64,000 nt of DNA from an uncultured Gammaproteobacteria bacterium (GCA_964448705.1 CAYUZS010000002.1:49577-113576); one strand, 5' to 3'. Shown: positions 7,536 through 17,321, numbered from the stretch's first letter. The notes: generated by a model not told the origin, from the letters alone. A program made the numbers and translations.

Positions 7536-9179
7536 TTATAACAGAGGAGTGATTTTAGAGGCTAATTCAAACCATATCGGAGCGGCGGTGCTTGAACCCC
7601 AAGGTGAACTTTTGGGATTGTTGATAGTGACAATCATAGTAAATTTGGGATTTTGACAAGGACTAAAACCGACATAAGAAGCATTGGTAAAAGATTCGGA
7701 ATAGCCGCCGGTGACAGCAACCTGAGCGGTACCGCTTTTGGCACAAACTTCAAGATCTTTTGGTCTAAATTGGTTAACGACACCGTTTTCAACGGCGTAT
7801 TTAAGAATTTCTTTAATGGTGTCAGTTGTAGACTTCTTGAATACTTCCGAAGGTTGGGGTAAATTATTGTTTATGATTTGGCTGCGGTCTTCAAAGTATT
7901 CAACTAAATGCGGCTGGGACATTAAGCCATCATTGGCCAAAGTATTGAAAGCCTGAAGCATTTGAATTTGAGTGACAGCAAAACCCTGGCCAAAAGAAGC
8001 GGTAGCCAAATCAATTTCCGGCCAAACGGTTTTTTCCAACGGTTTAACTTCTCCCTGAAGATCGATTCCGGTTTTTCGATTTAGACCAAGCGATTGGAAA
8101 TATTGTTGAAAAGTATTTAAACCAAGAGTTTCGATAATATAGCTCATGCCGATGTTGTCGGAATTTTTGATGATATCCTGAAGAGATGAATCGGGATGAT
8201 ACGAATTGTCCCAGTTTCCGATGGAATATTGGCCAATTTGATGGGGTTGATTACATTTAGTACAAACATAATCGGTAGAGATAGTCCGACTATTAAGAGC
8301 CATAGAGACAACCAGTGGTTTAAAAATTGAACCAGGCTCAAAAAGATCGGCAATTATCGGGTTTTTATACATAGCACTGGGAGTGGCGGAAGATGTGGCG
8401 ACAAAGCTGGCCATGGCAATTATGCCTCCGGTTTGGGGATTCATGATGGTAATCGAGCCGGAGTCGGCGTCGTATTTTTTTAGGCCTTCGGATAGAGAAT
8501 TTTCAGCAAGATACTGGATCTGACGATTCAAAGAAATATGTAAATTTCTCCCATCCTGAGGTTCAATATACCACCCCGGTTTATTCAAAACGGTTTGTCC
8601 GGTGGCGTCAATCCCCTGCCAGGAAAAACCATCACGACCGGAAAGTTGTTTTTGATAATAGCCTTCGATACCGCCAAGAGTTTTTGAGCCAAGGATAAGA
8701 GAGCCTAAATTTTTTTCCGGATAATAACGGGAATTAATTGAAGAAAAAGTTATCCCGGGATCTTTTAAAGAGTTTTTTTCTTCATAAGAAAAATTATCTT
8801 TTAAGGTTAACCATTTCTGATTAGGATTTAGAAGAAATTTATTCAATTGTTCCAAGTCTTCAGTAGAAATTTGAGGATGGACATGTTGAATTAAATTAAC
8901 GATTTCTTCGGGTTTTGTTTTAAGATCCGGCTTGTATAGCGAAAGCTGATAAAAAGTTTGATTAATGGATAAAGGAAAACCTGAAGCATCGTAAATTTTT
9001 CCAAACTGAGGCAAAACAACATTTGGCTTATAACTTTGATTGATAATTTTTTGGCTGAATTCCGGATTTTTGATTATCTGCCAGTAGAACAACCTACCGA
9101 TGACGATAAAATAACAAAAAATTAAGGTGAAGGTGACGATTTTTAAACGTTGAGAAAACATTTTAGTTAAGATTAACAA
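7536..9179 (-). CDS. ftsI: Class B penicillin-binding protein / peptidoglycan D,D-transpeptidase FtsI
   Basis: N-terminal TM, then SxxK (PGSIFKP), SxN-like and KSGTA motifs of PBP transpeptidase. Position between ftsL-like and murE. Confidence 0.85.
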   Translation of the reverse strand: MLILTKMFSQRLKIVTFTLIFCYFIVIGRLFYWQIIKNPEFSQKIINQSYKPNVVLPQFGKIYDASGFPLSINQTFYQLSLYKPDLKTKPEEIVNLIQHVHPQISTEDLEQLNKFLLNPNQKWLTLKDNFSYEEKNSLKDPGITFSSINSRYYPEKNLGSLILGSKTLGGIEGYYQKQLSGRDGFSWQGIDATGQTVLNKPGWYIEPQDGRNLHISLNRQIQYLAENSLSEGLKKYDADSGSITIMNPQTGGIIAMASFVATSSATPSAMYKNPIIADLFEPGSIFKPLVVSMALNSRTISTDYVCTKCNQPHQIGQYSIGNWDNSYHPDSSLQDIIKNSDNIGMSYIIETLGLNTFQQYFQSLGLNRKTGIDLQGEVKPLEKTVWPEIDLATASFGQGFAVTQIQMLQAFNTLANDGLMSQPHLVEYFEDRSQIINNNLPQPSEVFKKSTTDTIKEILKYAVENGVVNQFRPKDLEVCAKSGTAQVAVTGGYSESFTNASYVGFSPCQNPKFTMIVTINNPKSSPWGSSTAAPIWFELASKITPLL

Positions 9180-9417
9180 CAGTGTTAACAGGAGTATAAT
9201 TTTTTCCTTCGGTTTGAGAAAAAAGAGTGGAAAGAGAGTTAAGTTCGGAAAGATTTATTTCCAACTGCTGATTGATAATTGTGGCCTGAGTAAGATTCTG
9301 ATTAGAAACATTGGCCAACTGACTTAGATCAACAACCTTAATAGAGTAGATGATGGAAAAAATTACCTGAAGACAAAAGGAAAAGGCAGCCAATATGGTC
9401 AATGGTTTAAGACTCAT
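9163..9417 (-). CDS. FtsL-like small bitopic cell-division protein
   Basis: 84 aa with one N-terminal TM followed by a heptad-like Leu/Asn-rich stretch. Sits between rsmH and ftsI as ftsL does in dcw clusters. No sequence-level proof. Confidence 0.4.
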   Translation of the reverse strand: MSLKPLTILAAFSFCLQVIFSIIYSIKVVDLSQLANVSNQNLTQATIINQQLEINLSELNSLSTLFSQTEGKNYTPVNTVVNLN

Positions 9418-10286
9418 TAATCTATTCTATATGATCTGAGGACTGATGATCGAGATAAAGGATTATTTTTTATTTCAGAAAAAGACGGCAGAATGGCTTT
9501 GGTATTTGAGGCGGGAAAATGCTGACGAATAAATTGTTTAACCAGACGGTCTTCACCGGAATGAAAGGAAATAACAGCTACAACACAACCGGGAGAAAAT
9601 TTTAAAGTGGCCTGAAGAGCATTTTTTAGATTAGCAAATTCGTCGTTAACCGCGATTCTGAGGGCCATAAAAACTTTGGTAGCCGGATCTATTTTACTAT
9701 GGATGTGTTTTTCCTGGTAGTATTTACGGATAATGTCAGCTAATCTTTTTGCCGATTTTATCGGTTTATATTGTCTTTCTGAAATAATCCTGATGACAAG
9801 CGGTTTACTGAATTTTTCCTGGGCTAATTTGGAAAAAATATCATATAACTGCTGAAAGTCGTAAGTGTTGATAATTTCTTCAGCAGTAACAGTTTGAGTT
9901 TCTGGATCAAGCCTCATATCCAGTGAATCCGGATCGTTAAAAGAAAAACCACGACCGACACTTTTTTGCTGTCCGGAACTTAGTCCAAGATCAAAAAGAA
10001 TACCGTCAATTTTTGCCGGTATTTGATGACCAATAAGATTTTCCAATTGATTAAAATTAAAATGAAGAGGAATAAACTTTTGGGAAAGACCTAAATCGGA
10101 AATTCTTTGTTGAGCGATCGCCAAATTTACAGGATCCTGATCCAGTCCATAGACAATGCCGCCATGATTGATTATTTCCAGGGAATGACCACCATTTCCG
10201 GCTGTAGCATCGACATAAATACCACCGGGAACGACGTTAAGAACCTTAATTACTTCGTTTACCAGTACCGGTTGATGAAACTCCAT
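9417..10286 (-). CDS. rsmH: 16S rRNA (cytosine1402-N4)-methyltransferase RsmH/MraW
   Basis: MEFHQPVLVNEVIKVL...GIYVDATAGNGGHS is the characteristic RsmH N-terminus and SAM-binding motif. Confidence 0.9.
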   Translation of the reverse strand: MEFHQPVLVNEVIKVLNVVPGGIYVDATAGNGGHSLEIINHGGIVYGLDQDPVNLAIAQQRISDLGLSQKFIPLHFNFNQLENLIGHQIPAKIDGILFDLGLSSGQQKSVGRGFSFNDPDSLDMRLDPETQTVTAEEIINTYDFQQLYDIFSKLAQEKFSKPLVIRIISERQYKPIKSAKRLADIIRKYYQEKHIHSKIDPATKVFMALRIAVNDEFANLKNALQATLKFSPGCVVAVISFHSGEDRLVKQFIRQHFPASNTKAILPSFSEIKNNPLSRSSVLRSYRID

Positions 10287-10915
10287 TACTGATTTTGATA
10301 ATTACCTACCGGCGAACTCTGAGTACTGCCATAGACTGAATAACCGCCGCGATAGTTTTTAAGAAGAAGATAATAATTGCTGCCGGAAAGTTTTGATTTA
10401 AGAGGAACAGAAAAAGAACTATCCGTTAAAGCCAAAGAACCGGCTTTGTTGAGATCAGCAGTTGATTTGAGGGTAAACAAAGTTTCGTAAGTTGACATTT
10501 GGCCGTTTTTATCGATAAAGTTAAGTGTCATCGTTCCCCCGGTTACACCTTTATCATAGCTATATTTACAGCCATTAGTACAGCTTTCCGTGCCTAAAAG
10601 CAGTTTTCTTTCGATGGTTTTGGTAATTTCTTTTAGGGTATCACCTACTCCTTTTTCAATTTCGGCGCCATTATCACTGGCGTTGTATAGAATTTCATAT
10701 TCAATTGAAGAAATTGAATCGGGAATATCGACAATTTTTAGGGTTAAATAGTGGCCGTCAGCACTGGGAGTGAGACTGATTAAAGGTCGTTGATCAAGAG
10801 GCATTTCGACAACTCTTAATGCTGGAGTCGGAGTGACGGTGGTAGCGGATTTTTTGGCACCGCAACCAGCTAATAATAAACCAGTGGCAATTAAGGTTAG
10901 TATTTTTTTCTTCAT
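10286..10915 (-). CDS. Putative lipoprotein of unknown function
   Basis: MKKKILTLIATGLLLAGCGAKK gives a signal peptide with an LAGC lipobox. It occupies the slot where mraZ usually sits upstream of rsmH. Confidence 0.5.
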   Translation of the reverse strand: MKKKILTLIATGLLLAGCGAKKSATTVTPTPALRVVEMPLDQRPLISLTPSADGHYLTLKIVDIPDSISSIEYEILYNASDNGAEIEKGVGDTLKEITKTIERKLLLGTESCTNGCKYSYDKGVTGGTMTLNFIDKNGQMSTYETLFTLKSTADLNKAGSLALTDSSFSVPLKSKLSGSNYYLLLKNYRGGYSVYGSTQSSPVGNYQNQ

Positions 10916-10916
10916 G

Positions 10917-12236
10917 TTAAGAGTTTAGTTGTTGAGCAAGCCAGTTGTCAACTTCAGAAGCGGGAATACGCACCTGAGTCATAGTGTCCCGATCTCGAAT
11001 TGAAACAGTGTTGTCTTCCAGAGTTTGATAATCGACAACTAAACACCAGGGAGTTCCGATTTCGTCCTGTCGACGATATTTTTTACCGATATTACCGCTG
11101 TCATCCCAATCGAGGGAATATTTTTGAGAAAGCGACTGATAGAGCTCGTCAGCTTTGGTAACCAATTCCGGTTTGTTGGCAGCCAGTGGGAAAATAGCCA
11201 TTTTATAGGCAGAAACTTGAGGTTTAATTTGCAGCCAGGTTCGAATTTCACCATTCTCCAAAGTGTCTTCATGATAAGCATCGAGCAACATGAAGAAAAA
11301 GCTGCGATCAACTCCACCGGAGGTTTCGGTGATATGAGGTAAATATTTTTCATGAGTAACAGGATCGAGATAGGATAAATCCTGATTACTGAATTGACTG
11401 TGTTGAGTTAAATCATAATCTGAACGCCAGTGAATTCCTTCCATTTCTGACCAACCCCAGGGAGCGTTATATTCAATATCAAAAGCTTTTTTGGCGTAGA
11501 AAACGAGTTCGTCTTTTTCGTGCTGTCGAAAACGAAGGTTATCGGATTGGTTAAACATTTTTTTATACCAATTCATACGCTCTGCTTTCCAATATTCATA
11601 CCACTTGTCCATTTCTGAGGGATGAACGAAGTATTGAATATCCCATTGTTCAAATTCCCGGGTGCGGTACAAAAAGTTTTTGGGAGTTATTTCGTTTCGA
11701 AAAGCTTTTCCGATCTGAGCGATACCGAAAGGGATTTTGACACGGGAGGAATCGACTATATTTTTGAAATCAAGATAAATAGTTTGACAGGCTTCACCCC
11801 GAAGATAGGCATGCATTTTTTCGCCTTCAATGACACCAATGTCGGTTTCAAAAAGAATATTATATTTACGGCCCTCGGTGAATTCTCCATCGCATTCCGG
11901 ACATTTAGCAGCGTTGTCGATTAAATCCGGACGAAAGCGTTTATGGCACGATTTGCATTCGACCATAATATCGGCAAAGTTTTTAACATGCCCCGAAGCT
12001 TCCCAAACTCTGGGATGGGTAATTATTGAACCATCAATTAGAACTATGTCCCGACGGCGGGTAACGTTGTCGCGGATCCAAAGATTTTTCCAATTGTATT
12101 TCATCAACGCTCCGACCGGACCGTAATCATAGAAACCCTGAACACCTCCGTATATTTCACTGTTCTGAAAAATAATTCCCCGACGTTTGCAGAGAGAAAC
12201 AATTTTGGAAACGATATCGTTTTGAGTATTTGCCAT
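10917..12236 (-). CDS. glyS: Glycine--tRNA ligase (class II, homodimeric GlyRS type)
   Basis: IFQNSEIYGG...HPRVWEASGHV...FRNEITP...ETSGGVDR class-II aaRS / GlyRS motifs. 439 aa. Confidence 0.9.
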   Translation of the reverse strand: MANTQNDIVSKIVSLCKRRGIIFQNSEIYGGVQGFYDYGPVGALMKYNWKNLWIRDNVTRRRDIVLIDGSIITHPRVWEASGHVKNFADIMVECKSCHKRFRPDLIDNAAKCPECDGEFTEGRKYNILFETDIGVIEGEKMHAYLRGEACQTIYLDFKNIVDSSRVKIPFGIAQIGKAFRNEITPKNFLYRTREFEQWDIQYFVHPSEMDKWYEYWKAERMNWYKKMFNQSDNLRFRQHEKDELVFYAKKAFDIEYNAPWGWSEMEGIHWRSDYDLTQHSQFSNQDLSYLDPVTHEKYLPHITETSGGVDRSFFFMLLDAYHEDTLENGEIRTWLQIKPQVSAYKMAIFPLAANKPELVTKADELYQSLSQKYSLDWDDSGNIGKKYRRQDEIGTPWCLVVDYQTLEDNTVSIRDRDTMTQVRIPASEVDNWLAQQLNS

Positions 12237-12239
12237 AGT

Positions 12240-12404
12240 GGTCTCTAAAGTATTAATTAAATAATAACATTAGAGGTCCCTTCAGAGTATTTAGGGAGGT
12301 TCCACCTCAATTGCCAAACTATGATTATCCAATCAGTTTGACCACTTATTCAACCTGCTCCGGGGAGCCAATCCCCCATCACTGCAGAATAGCAAATTAT
12401 AGCA
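12240..12404 (-). promoter_or_regulatory. Candidate promoter (extended -10 TGCTATAAT at 12396-12404) plus T-box-like leader upstream of glyS
   Basis: On the minus strand the leader contains AATTGAGGTGGAACC (12298-12313), versus the T-box consensus AATTAGGGTGGTACC. Its UGGA bulge would pair with the ACCA end and U73 discriminator of tRNA-Gly. A GC-rich hairpin GGGGGAUUGGCUCCCC with GGC (Gly codon) in the loop lies upstream. This is the only ~185-nt non-coding stretch in this part of the window. No convincing terminator/antiterminator alternative was resolved by eye. Confidence 0.35.
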
Positions 12405-12421
12405 TACGAAAATAGTTCAAG

Positions 12422-12745
12422 TTATTTTTCACCACTTTTGAAGTAATAGCCAATAACAAAACCAAGAGAAGAGCCAACAATAGAACCAATTATTGAGAGT
12501 ATATCTTTTAAATCAATTAGTAGTTCGTTATTTTTAATGGTATTGTAGATTAAATAATTGTATGTTGGTATGAGAATAACAACAAGACCTATCAGTATGA
12601 AGAAACCCCATACGAAAACATTAGCAATTCTTGCCCTTTGATGATCAATATGTTCTTTTGGATTATATCTAGCTGGTTTGAGGTTGCTTTCAATAGTACT
12701 TTGTAATTTTGCAAAAGACTCTTGAAGATTTGTTTCTCTATTCAT
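12422..12745 (-). CDS. Small membrane protein (2 predicted TM), unknown function
   Basis: 107 aa, AT-rich relative to its neighbours. 4-nt overlap with the upstream 80-aa ORF. Hydrophobic segments FVWGFFILIGLVVILIP and IIGSIVGSSLGFVIGYYF. Confidence 0.3.
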   Translation of the reverse strand: MNRETNLQESFAKLQSTIESNLKPARYNPKEHIDHQRARIANVFVWGFFILIGLVVILIPTYNYLIYNTIKNNELLIDLKDILSIIGSIVGSSLGFVIGYYFKSGEK

Positions 12746-12984
12746 TGTTCGAGAAATTCTTTAGATAGTTCAACATAGCTATTTACTAGAGTTTCTGTCT
12801 TCTTTAGGATAATTTCGATATTTTGTTGCATTTTTTCGATCTCATCTTTTAGTTTTTGGTCTTGTATAGATATAGCTGATTTTTTTAAGAGAGCATATTG
12901 AATAGCAAGTTCTTGGAGTGCTTCAACATTTTCTTTAAGAGCAGAGTTAACTTGATTACTTTTATCGACTATCTGTTGGTTCAT
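12742..12984 (-). CDS. Small coiled-coil protein, unknown function
   Basis: 80 aa with heptad-like charged/hydrophobic periodicity (..LKENVEALQELAIQYALLKK..IEKMQQNIEIILKK..). Translationally coupled to the next ORF. Confidence 0.3.
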   Translation of the reverse strand: MNQQIVDKSNQVNSALKENVEALQELAIQYALLKKSAISIQDQKLKDEIEKMQQNIEIILKKTETLVNSYVELSKEFLEQ

Positions 12985-13011
12985 CTATCGATATTATAAC
13001 GGATTAATAAA

Positions 13012-13572
13012 TTATCGGAAGAGTTTGTCGCTTTGGAGCGGTTTTTCAATGATAGATTCCAAATGCCGTTTAAGAATTTTTTGAGCGGTGATATAGTCCT
13101 GCTGTTGATAGGCTTGGGTAACAGTTTCCGGTAAACCAAAACCAAGAAAATTAATAAACTCCATCTCGTACTTGATGAATTGGGATAATTGATTGAGGTT
13201 AATCGAAGTAATTAATTTTTCTGAAATTTGGTAAATGCCGGGAATATTTTGATTTTCAGCAATAAAATAATTGATTATTTCAAGAACGTAAAATAATAGG
13301 TTAAGCTGAGTTAAGGATTTTTGGTGATGAAGAAATTGAGAAACAGAAATTGATTCTGATAACCATAAAAAATCATTTTTTTGATAAAGATGAGCTTTAA
13401 TGATATTCCCCAACTGAAGTGTGCCCAGACGACTGCTTTTGATATTTTTAGCACCTTTGGCCAGAACAACAATTTTACCCAGTTCCGGAGTCAGCAGAGT
13501 AACAAAAATATCTGTTTCCCGATAAACTTTGGTTTTAACAACAATTCCGAGTGTATTTTGAAATTTTGGCAT
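13012..13572 (-). CDS. recO: DNA repair protein RecO (short form)
   Basis: N-terminal OB-fold pattern GIVVKTKVYRETDIFVTLLTPELGKIVVLAKGAKN typical of RecO. 186 aa. 1-nt overlap with upstream DUF4012 gene. Confidence 0.5.
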   Translation of the reverse strand: MPKFQNTLGIVVKTKVYRETDIFVTLLTPELGKIVVLAKGAKNIKSSRLGTLQLGNIIKAHLYQKNDFLWLSESISVSQFLHHQKSLTQLNLLFYVLEIINYFIAENQNIPGIYQISEKLITSINLNQLSQFIKYEMEFINFLGFGLPETVTQAYQQQDYITAQKILKRHLESIIEKPLQSDKLFR

Positions 13573-15530
13573 TAAAGAGAAAGTTTGACGGTTTTATCAC
13601 CAGTCCAAGTGAAACTTTCTTCAAGTTTACCATTTACCCAAAGATCATAGGGAATATCTTTAGTACCCGGTTGTTTTTGGAGCAACAAAGTATAGTTGGC
13701 ATTAGCGGGGACACTGGAAACATATTGTACAGATGTTTTGGCGCTGGATTGGGCATAAAGTGGATATTTATTTCCGTAAAATCCTTCAAAAACCTGCTTA
13801 CCAAGTTCTTCATAAACAACGGGTTCGACTTCGGAGCCAGTCATTTTTACCAGTTTTGAACCGGTGGGAACATAGAATCTAAACCAATCGCGATATTTGG
13901 GAGCATTAAGACATAGTCCGCCTGTTTCCAAATTACAGTTGCTGGCCTTAAAAGGATTAGTGTAGGTGACGGTGACTTTATGCTCTACCTGTCCGTTATT
14001 GGCGATGATTTCGTGTTTTATTTTTTGAGTGAGAAAAATATTAGTTTTAGCACTGGCGAAATTGGCATCATTAAGATGAAGATAATCAATAGAATTGTCG
14101 GTCTGGGTGATGCTGCCGGCAATACCTGCAGTGACGGCGGCTTTTTGGATTTCCGGATCAGTAAAGTAAAAAACAACGTGTTTTTTCATGATATCGTTAA
14201 ATCCGGTTTCGACCAGAGATCCGATTTTATTCTTTTCGGCACCAAGGACATTAGAAAGAATAGTGTGAATTAACGGACCAAGGAATCCTTTACGATTATT
14301 ATCGATATAGTTACGGGGCTGACCAGCCTCCCACTCTATCTGGTAAATAATTTGAGGACAACCATTACATCTTTTATCGGGATCAGCAGAAACATTTCCT
14401 AAAGTGCCGGCACCAACCCGACCTATTACTTTGAGAAGATCGACAAGAACCTGGGTGTCGATACCAATGACAGCATCAAATTTAGTTTTAGTTTTAGTAA
14501 TTTTGTAATAGGTATCCATAAAAGGTTCGATACTGGTGGGGAAATCAGGAGACAAATTCATGTCTCTAAGATTGTAGTAAGGAACATTAAGATGGTAGGC
14601 TTTTAACGGCCGGGGAGCCGGGACAGTGCTGCTGTACATAGCGTCGAGATCATAGATATTGCCGGAAGCACCGGGAGTAATCTTACCTTTATTAATAGTC
14701 ATAGTGCCATAAGCTGTCCAGAAACCACCGGTGGGACGAAGCTCAGCATCGTTTTGAAAAATCAAGAAATAGGTTCTGGGGCCATCTTTACCGAGAAACC
14801 ATGAGAGTTTAGAGAGAATCGGCTGACCGTTTTTAGTGAGTTGATGAATATCAGCGACGGTTTGTTTGGCTAAATTGATATTTGATTTAATAATCATGCC
14901 GTTAAATTCATCCGGATAACGTGATGAATCAATTTGATCAAATTCTGTTTCGATTTCGGCAAGTTTGGCTTCAATAGTACTAAGATGAGGAATAATTCCT
15001 TCCACAGATTCGGTTAAAAAGTCCAATCTATCCTGAGTAGTGGTGGCACTGTCGGTAGCAGAACCGGCTAATCCCAAGAAATCCTGATAAGGCTCGACGG
15101 CAGTAATGACAATTTGACCGGTTTCCAGACCTAGTTTTCCAATATTAACTAAATGATTACCATCAGAATAATAATCTTTTAGATAAGGTAATACCTTCAT
15201 GTAGGAAAACTTTTGATAGGACGACTGAAGTTGAGAAAGTTTTGACTGAAGATCGCTAACCTGGACTTTGGCATCTTTAAGATCTTTGTTGGCGACGGCG
15301 CTTTTAAGTTTATTGACACCTTCCTGAAGTGAAGTGGCTTGAGAGTAGATTTTTTGACCGGGAAGATAAACCAAGAAGAAACCGCTGATACCAAAAATGC
15401 CGATAATAATTAACAAAACCAAAAAGATTCTGGAAATAACTTTCAGAAACTTAGGTGTTTTTTTCTTACCACCGGTAACAGTAATTTTTTTTTCGGAGGC
15501 AGGTTTAGAAATAGACGGAACATCAATCAT
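13572..15530 (-). CDS. DUF4012-family membrane-anchored protein (cell-envelope associated, function unknown)
   Basis: N-terminal TM, long coiled-coil region, then FQNDAELRPTGGFWTAYG (DUF4012 N-x-A-E-x-R-x-x-GG motif). Confidence 0.5.
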   Translation of the reverse strand: MIDVPSISKPASEKKITVTGGKKKTPKFLKVISRIFLVLLIIIGIFGISGFFLVYLPGQKIYSQATSLQEGVNKLKSAVANKDLKDAKVQVSDLQSKLSQLQSSYQKFSYMKVLPYLKDYYSDGNHLVNIGKLGLETGQIVITAVEPYQDFLGLAGSATDSATTTQDRLDFLTESVEGIIPHLSTIEAKLAEIETEFDQIDSSRYPDEFNGMIIKSNINLAKQTVADIHQLTKNGQPILSKLSWFLGKDGPRTYFLIFQNDAELRPTGGFWTAYGTMTINKGKITPGASGNIYDLDAMYSSTVPAPRPLKAYHLNVPYYNLRDMNLSPDFPTSIEPFMDTYYKITKTKTKFDAVIGIDTQVLVDLLKVIGRVGAGTLGNVSADPDKRCNGCPQIIYQIEWEAGQPRNYIDNNRKGFLGPLIHTILSNVLGAEKNKIGSLVETGFNDIMKKHVVFYFTDPEIQKAAVTAGIAGSITQTDNSIDYLHLNDANFASAKTNIFLTQKIKHEIIANNGQVEHKVTVTYTNPFKASNCNLETGGLCLNAPKYRDWFRFYVPTGSKLVKMTGSEVEPVVYEELGKQVFEGFYGNKYPLYAQSSAKTSVQYVSSVPANANYTLLLQKQPGTKDIPYDLWVNGKLEESFTWTGDKTVKLSL

Positions 15531-15559
15531 CCTTTAAGTTTAAAGTATTTTTTTAAAAT

Positions 15560-16231
15560 TTACCAGATTGATAACATGGCTAAAGGAGTTTTTAGAAGAA
15601 TAATAATTTCCTGACGGAAAGATCGGTTCTTAATATAGTTGGCATCAAGCTCGGCTCTTTTTTCAAAGCTTAATTCATTTCTTCCGGATGTCTGCCAGAG
15701 ACCGGTGATGCCCGGTTTGGCAGTCCGAATGACATCAATATATTTTTTAGTCTGAGGATATTTGGCCTCGTATTCTTTCAATTCTTCATCACGATAAGCT
15801 CTTGGACCAACTAAACTCATCTCTCCTTTCAGAACATTTATAAATTGAGGCATTTCATCAACAGATGTGCTGCGGAGTATTTTACCGATGGCAGTGATTC
15901 TGGGATCTTCTTTCATGGGAAGTTTCCAATCAGATTTTTTGTATTTTTCCCAAAGTTCGGGATATTGTTCGCGTAATCTTTTATCGTTGTCACCGATATA
16001 CATACTACGAAATTTATACATATAAAATTCTTTTTTCTGACCGACTCTTTTTTGTTTAAAAATAACCGGTCCGGGAGAAGTGAGTTTAATAAGAATGGCA
16101 GAGATGATCAAAAAAGGAGAAAAAATGAGGAGTAAAAAGAGTGAACCAAAAATATCAATCAACCTTTTGGAGGTATCAAAAAGAAAAATTCTTTCTTTCA
16201 AAAATAATTTATCTGTTTTTTCATTGATCAT
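15560..16231 (-). CDS. Polyprenyl-phosphate hexose-1-phosphate transferase (bacterial sugar transferase, WbaP/PglC-type initiating enzyme)
   Basis: KRLIDIFGSLFLLLIFSPFLIISAILIKLTSPGPVIFKQKRVG...YKFRSM...DEMPQFINVLKGEMSLVGPR. Start moved to MINEK (16231) to avoid the 47-nt overlap with ManC. Confidence 0.8.
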   Translation of the reverse strand: MINEKTDKLFLKERIFLFDTSKRLIDIFGSLFLLLIFSPFLIISAILIKLTSPGPVIFKQKRVGQKKEFYMYKFRSMYIGDNDKRLREQYPELWEKYKKSDWKLPMKEDPRITAIGKILRSTSVDEMPQFINVLKGEMSLVGPRAYRDEELKEYEAKYPQTKKYIDVIRTAKPGITGLWQTSGRNELSFEKRAELDANYIKNRSFRQEIIILLKTPLAMLSIW

Positions 16232-17321
16232 TTTGGGATAGAAAATATTTTTTAAATTTAGAATCACTTACCATTTTGGCAACCAACTCACGAACTTTGT
16301 AACTGCCATTATAAGCAATATTGCAGACTAATAAACCATCAGGAGTGTCGATAATCGCTAAATTATTAACATCTACAAGTCCTACCAGTTTTCCTTTTGG
16401 GGCTAAAACAAGGCATTTTTTGGAATCAACTTCCAAAAATTCAGTATCCTGATTAAGAGGAATAACTTTGTCAGTTTTAATTGAAAGTTGACGATAGATA
16501 GATTTCCATTCGCCGACATCATTCCAGACAAAATCAGCGGCCAGCATAACAATATTTTTAGACTTTTCAGAGATGGCTATATCAAGGGGTAAACTTGGTG
16601 ATAATGAATAAATATGGGGAATGTCTTTGGGAGAGGATATTATTTTTTGATATAAGTCATAGTATTTTGGTGAACAGGATTTGAATTCCGAGAGAATAGT
16701 CTGAACATTAAAGGTGTAGATTCCCGAATTCCAATAACTTTTTCCGGAGCGAATTAATTTTTCAGCCGTGGCCAGCGGTGGTTTTTCGATGAAATTTTTG
16801 ACGGTATAAATCCCCTGTTGTTGATGACCGACTAAAATATAACCAAAAGAAACACTGGGTGAATTTGGGACAATTCCTAAGGTAACAACAATCGGTTTAC
16901 CGGCGGCAATAAGAGCGGATTTTTTTATCTGTTTAACGAAAACAGGTAAGTTGCCAATATAGTGATCGGAAGTAAAGGAGGAAATGACGGCCTGAGGATT
17001 TATCTGAGAAATAATAGAAGAGGCATAAAGAATGGCCATGGCGGTGTTCTTTTTATCGGGTTCGGAAATAAGATTATGTTCGGAAAGTAGACCTTTTAAA
17101 TGGCTTTTAATGAGGTGATTATATTTTTGGTGGCTGATGACAAAAATGTGGTCTCTGGGAACTATTTTTTGAGCTCTTAAAAAAGTTTCTCTAAGAAAAG
17201 AATCTTTGGAAAGAATGGATAAAAATTGTTTCGGATGACCGGACCTGGATAGTGGCCAGAGCCGTGGACCGCTGCCCCCGCAAAGAATTAAAATATAATG
17301 ATTATTTACTGTTCCCGACAT
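16221..17321 (-). CDS. manC: Mannose-1-phosphate guanylyltransferase-like sugar nucleotidyltransferase
   Basis: ILCGGSGPRLWPLSRSGHPKQFL nucleotidyltransferase signature. 366 aa. Confidence 0.7.
   Translation of the reverse strand: MSGTVNNHYILILCGGSGPRLWPLSRSGHPKQFLSILSKDSFLRETFLRAQKIVPRDHIFVISHQKYNHLIKSHLKGLLSEHNLISEPDKKNTAMAILYASSIISQINPQAVISSFTSDHYIGNLPVFVKQIKKSALIAAGKPIVVTLGIVPNSPSVSFGYILVGHQQQGIYTVKNFIEKPPLATAEKLIRSGKSYWNSGIYTFNVQTILSEFKSCSPKYYDLYQKIISSPKDIPHIYSLSPSLPLDIAISEKSKNIVMLAADFVWNDVGEWKSIYRQLSIKTDKVIPLNQDTEFLEVDSKKCLVLAPKGKLVGLVDVNNLAIIDTPDGLLVCNIAYNGSYKVRELVAKMVSDSKFKKYFLSQNDQ

Noticed and set aside
12237-12420. GC-richer non-coding stretch considered as a tRNA or other small RNA gene
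   Set aside because: No cloverleaf or anticodon arm could be drawn. Its position directly 5' of glyS and the T-box-like sequence make a cis-regulatory leader more likely.
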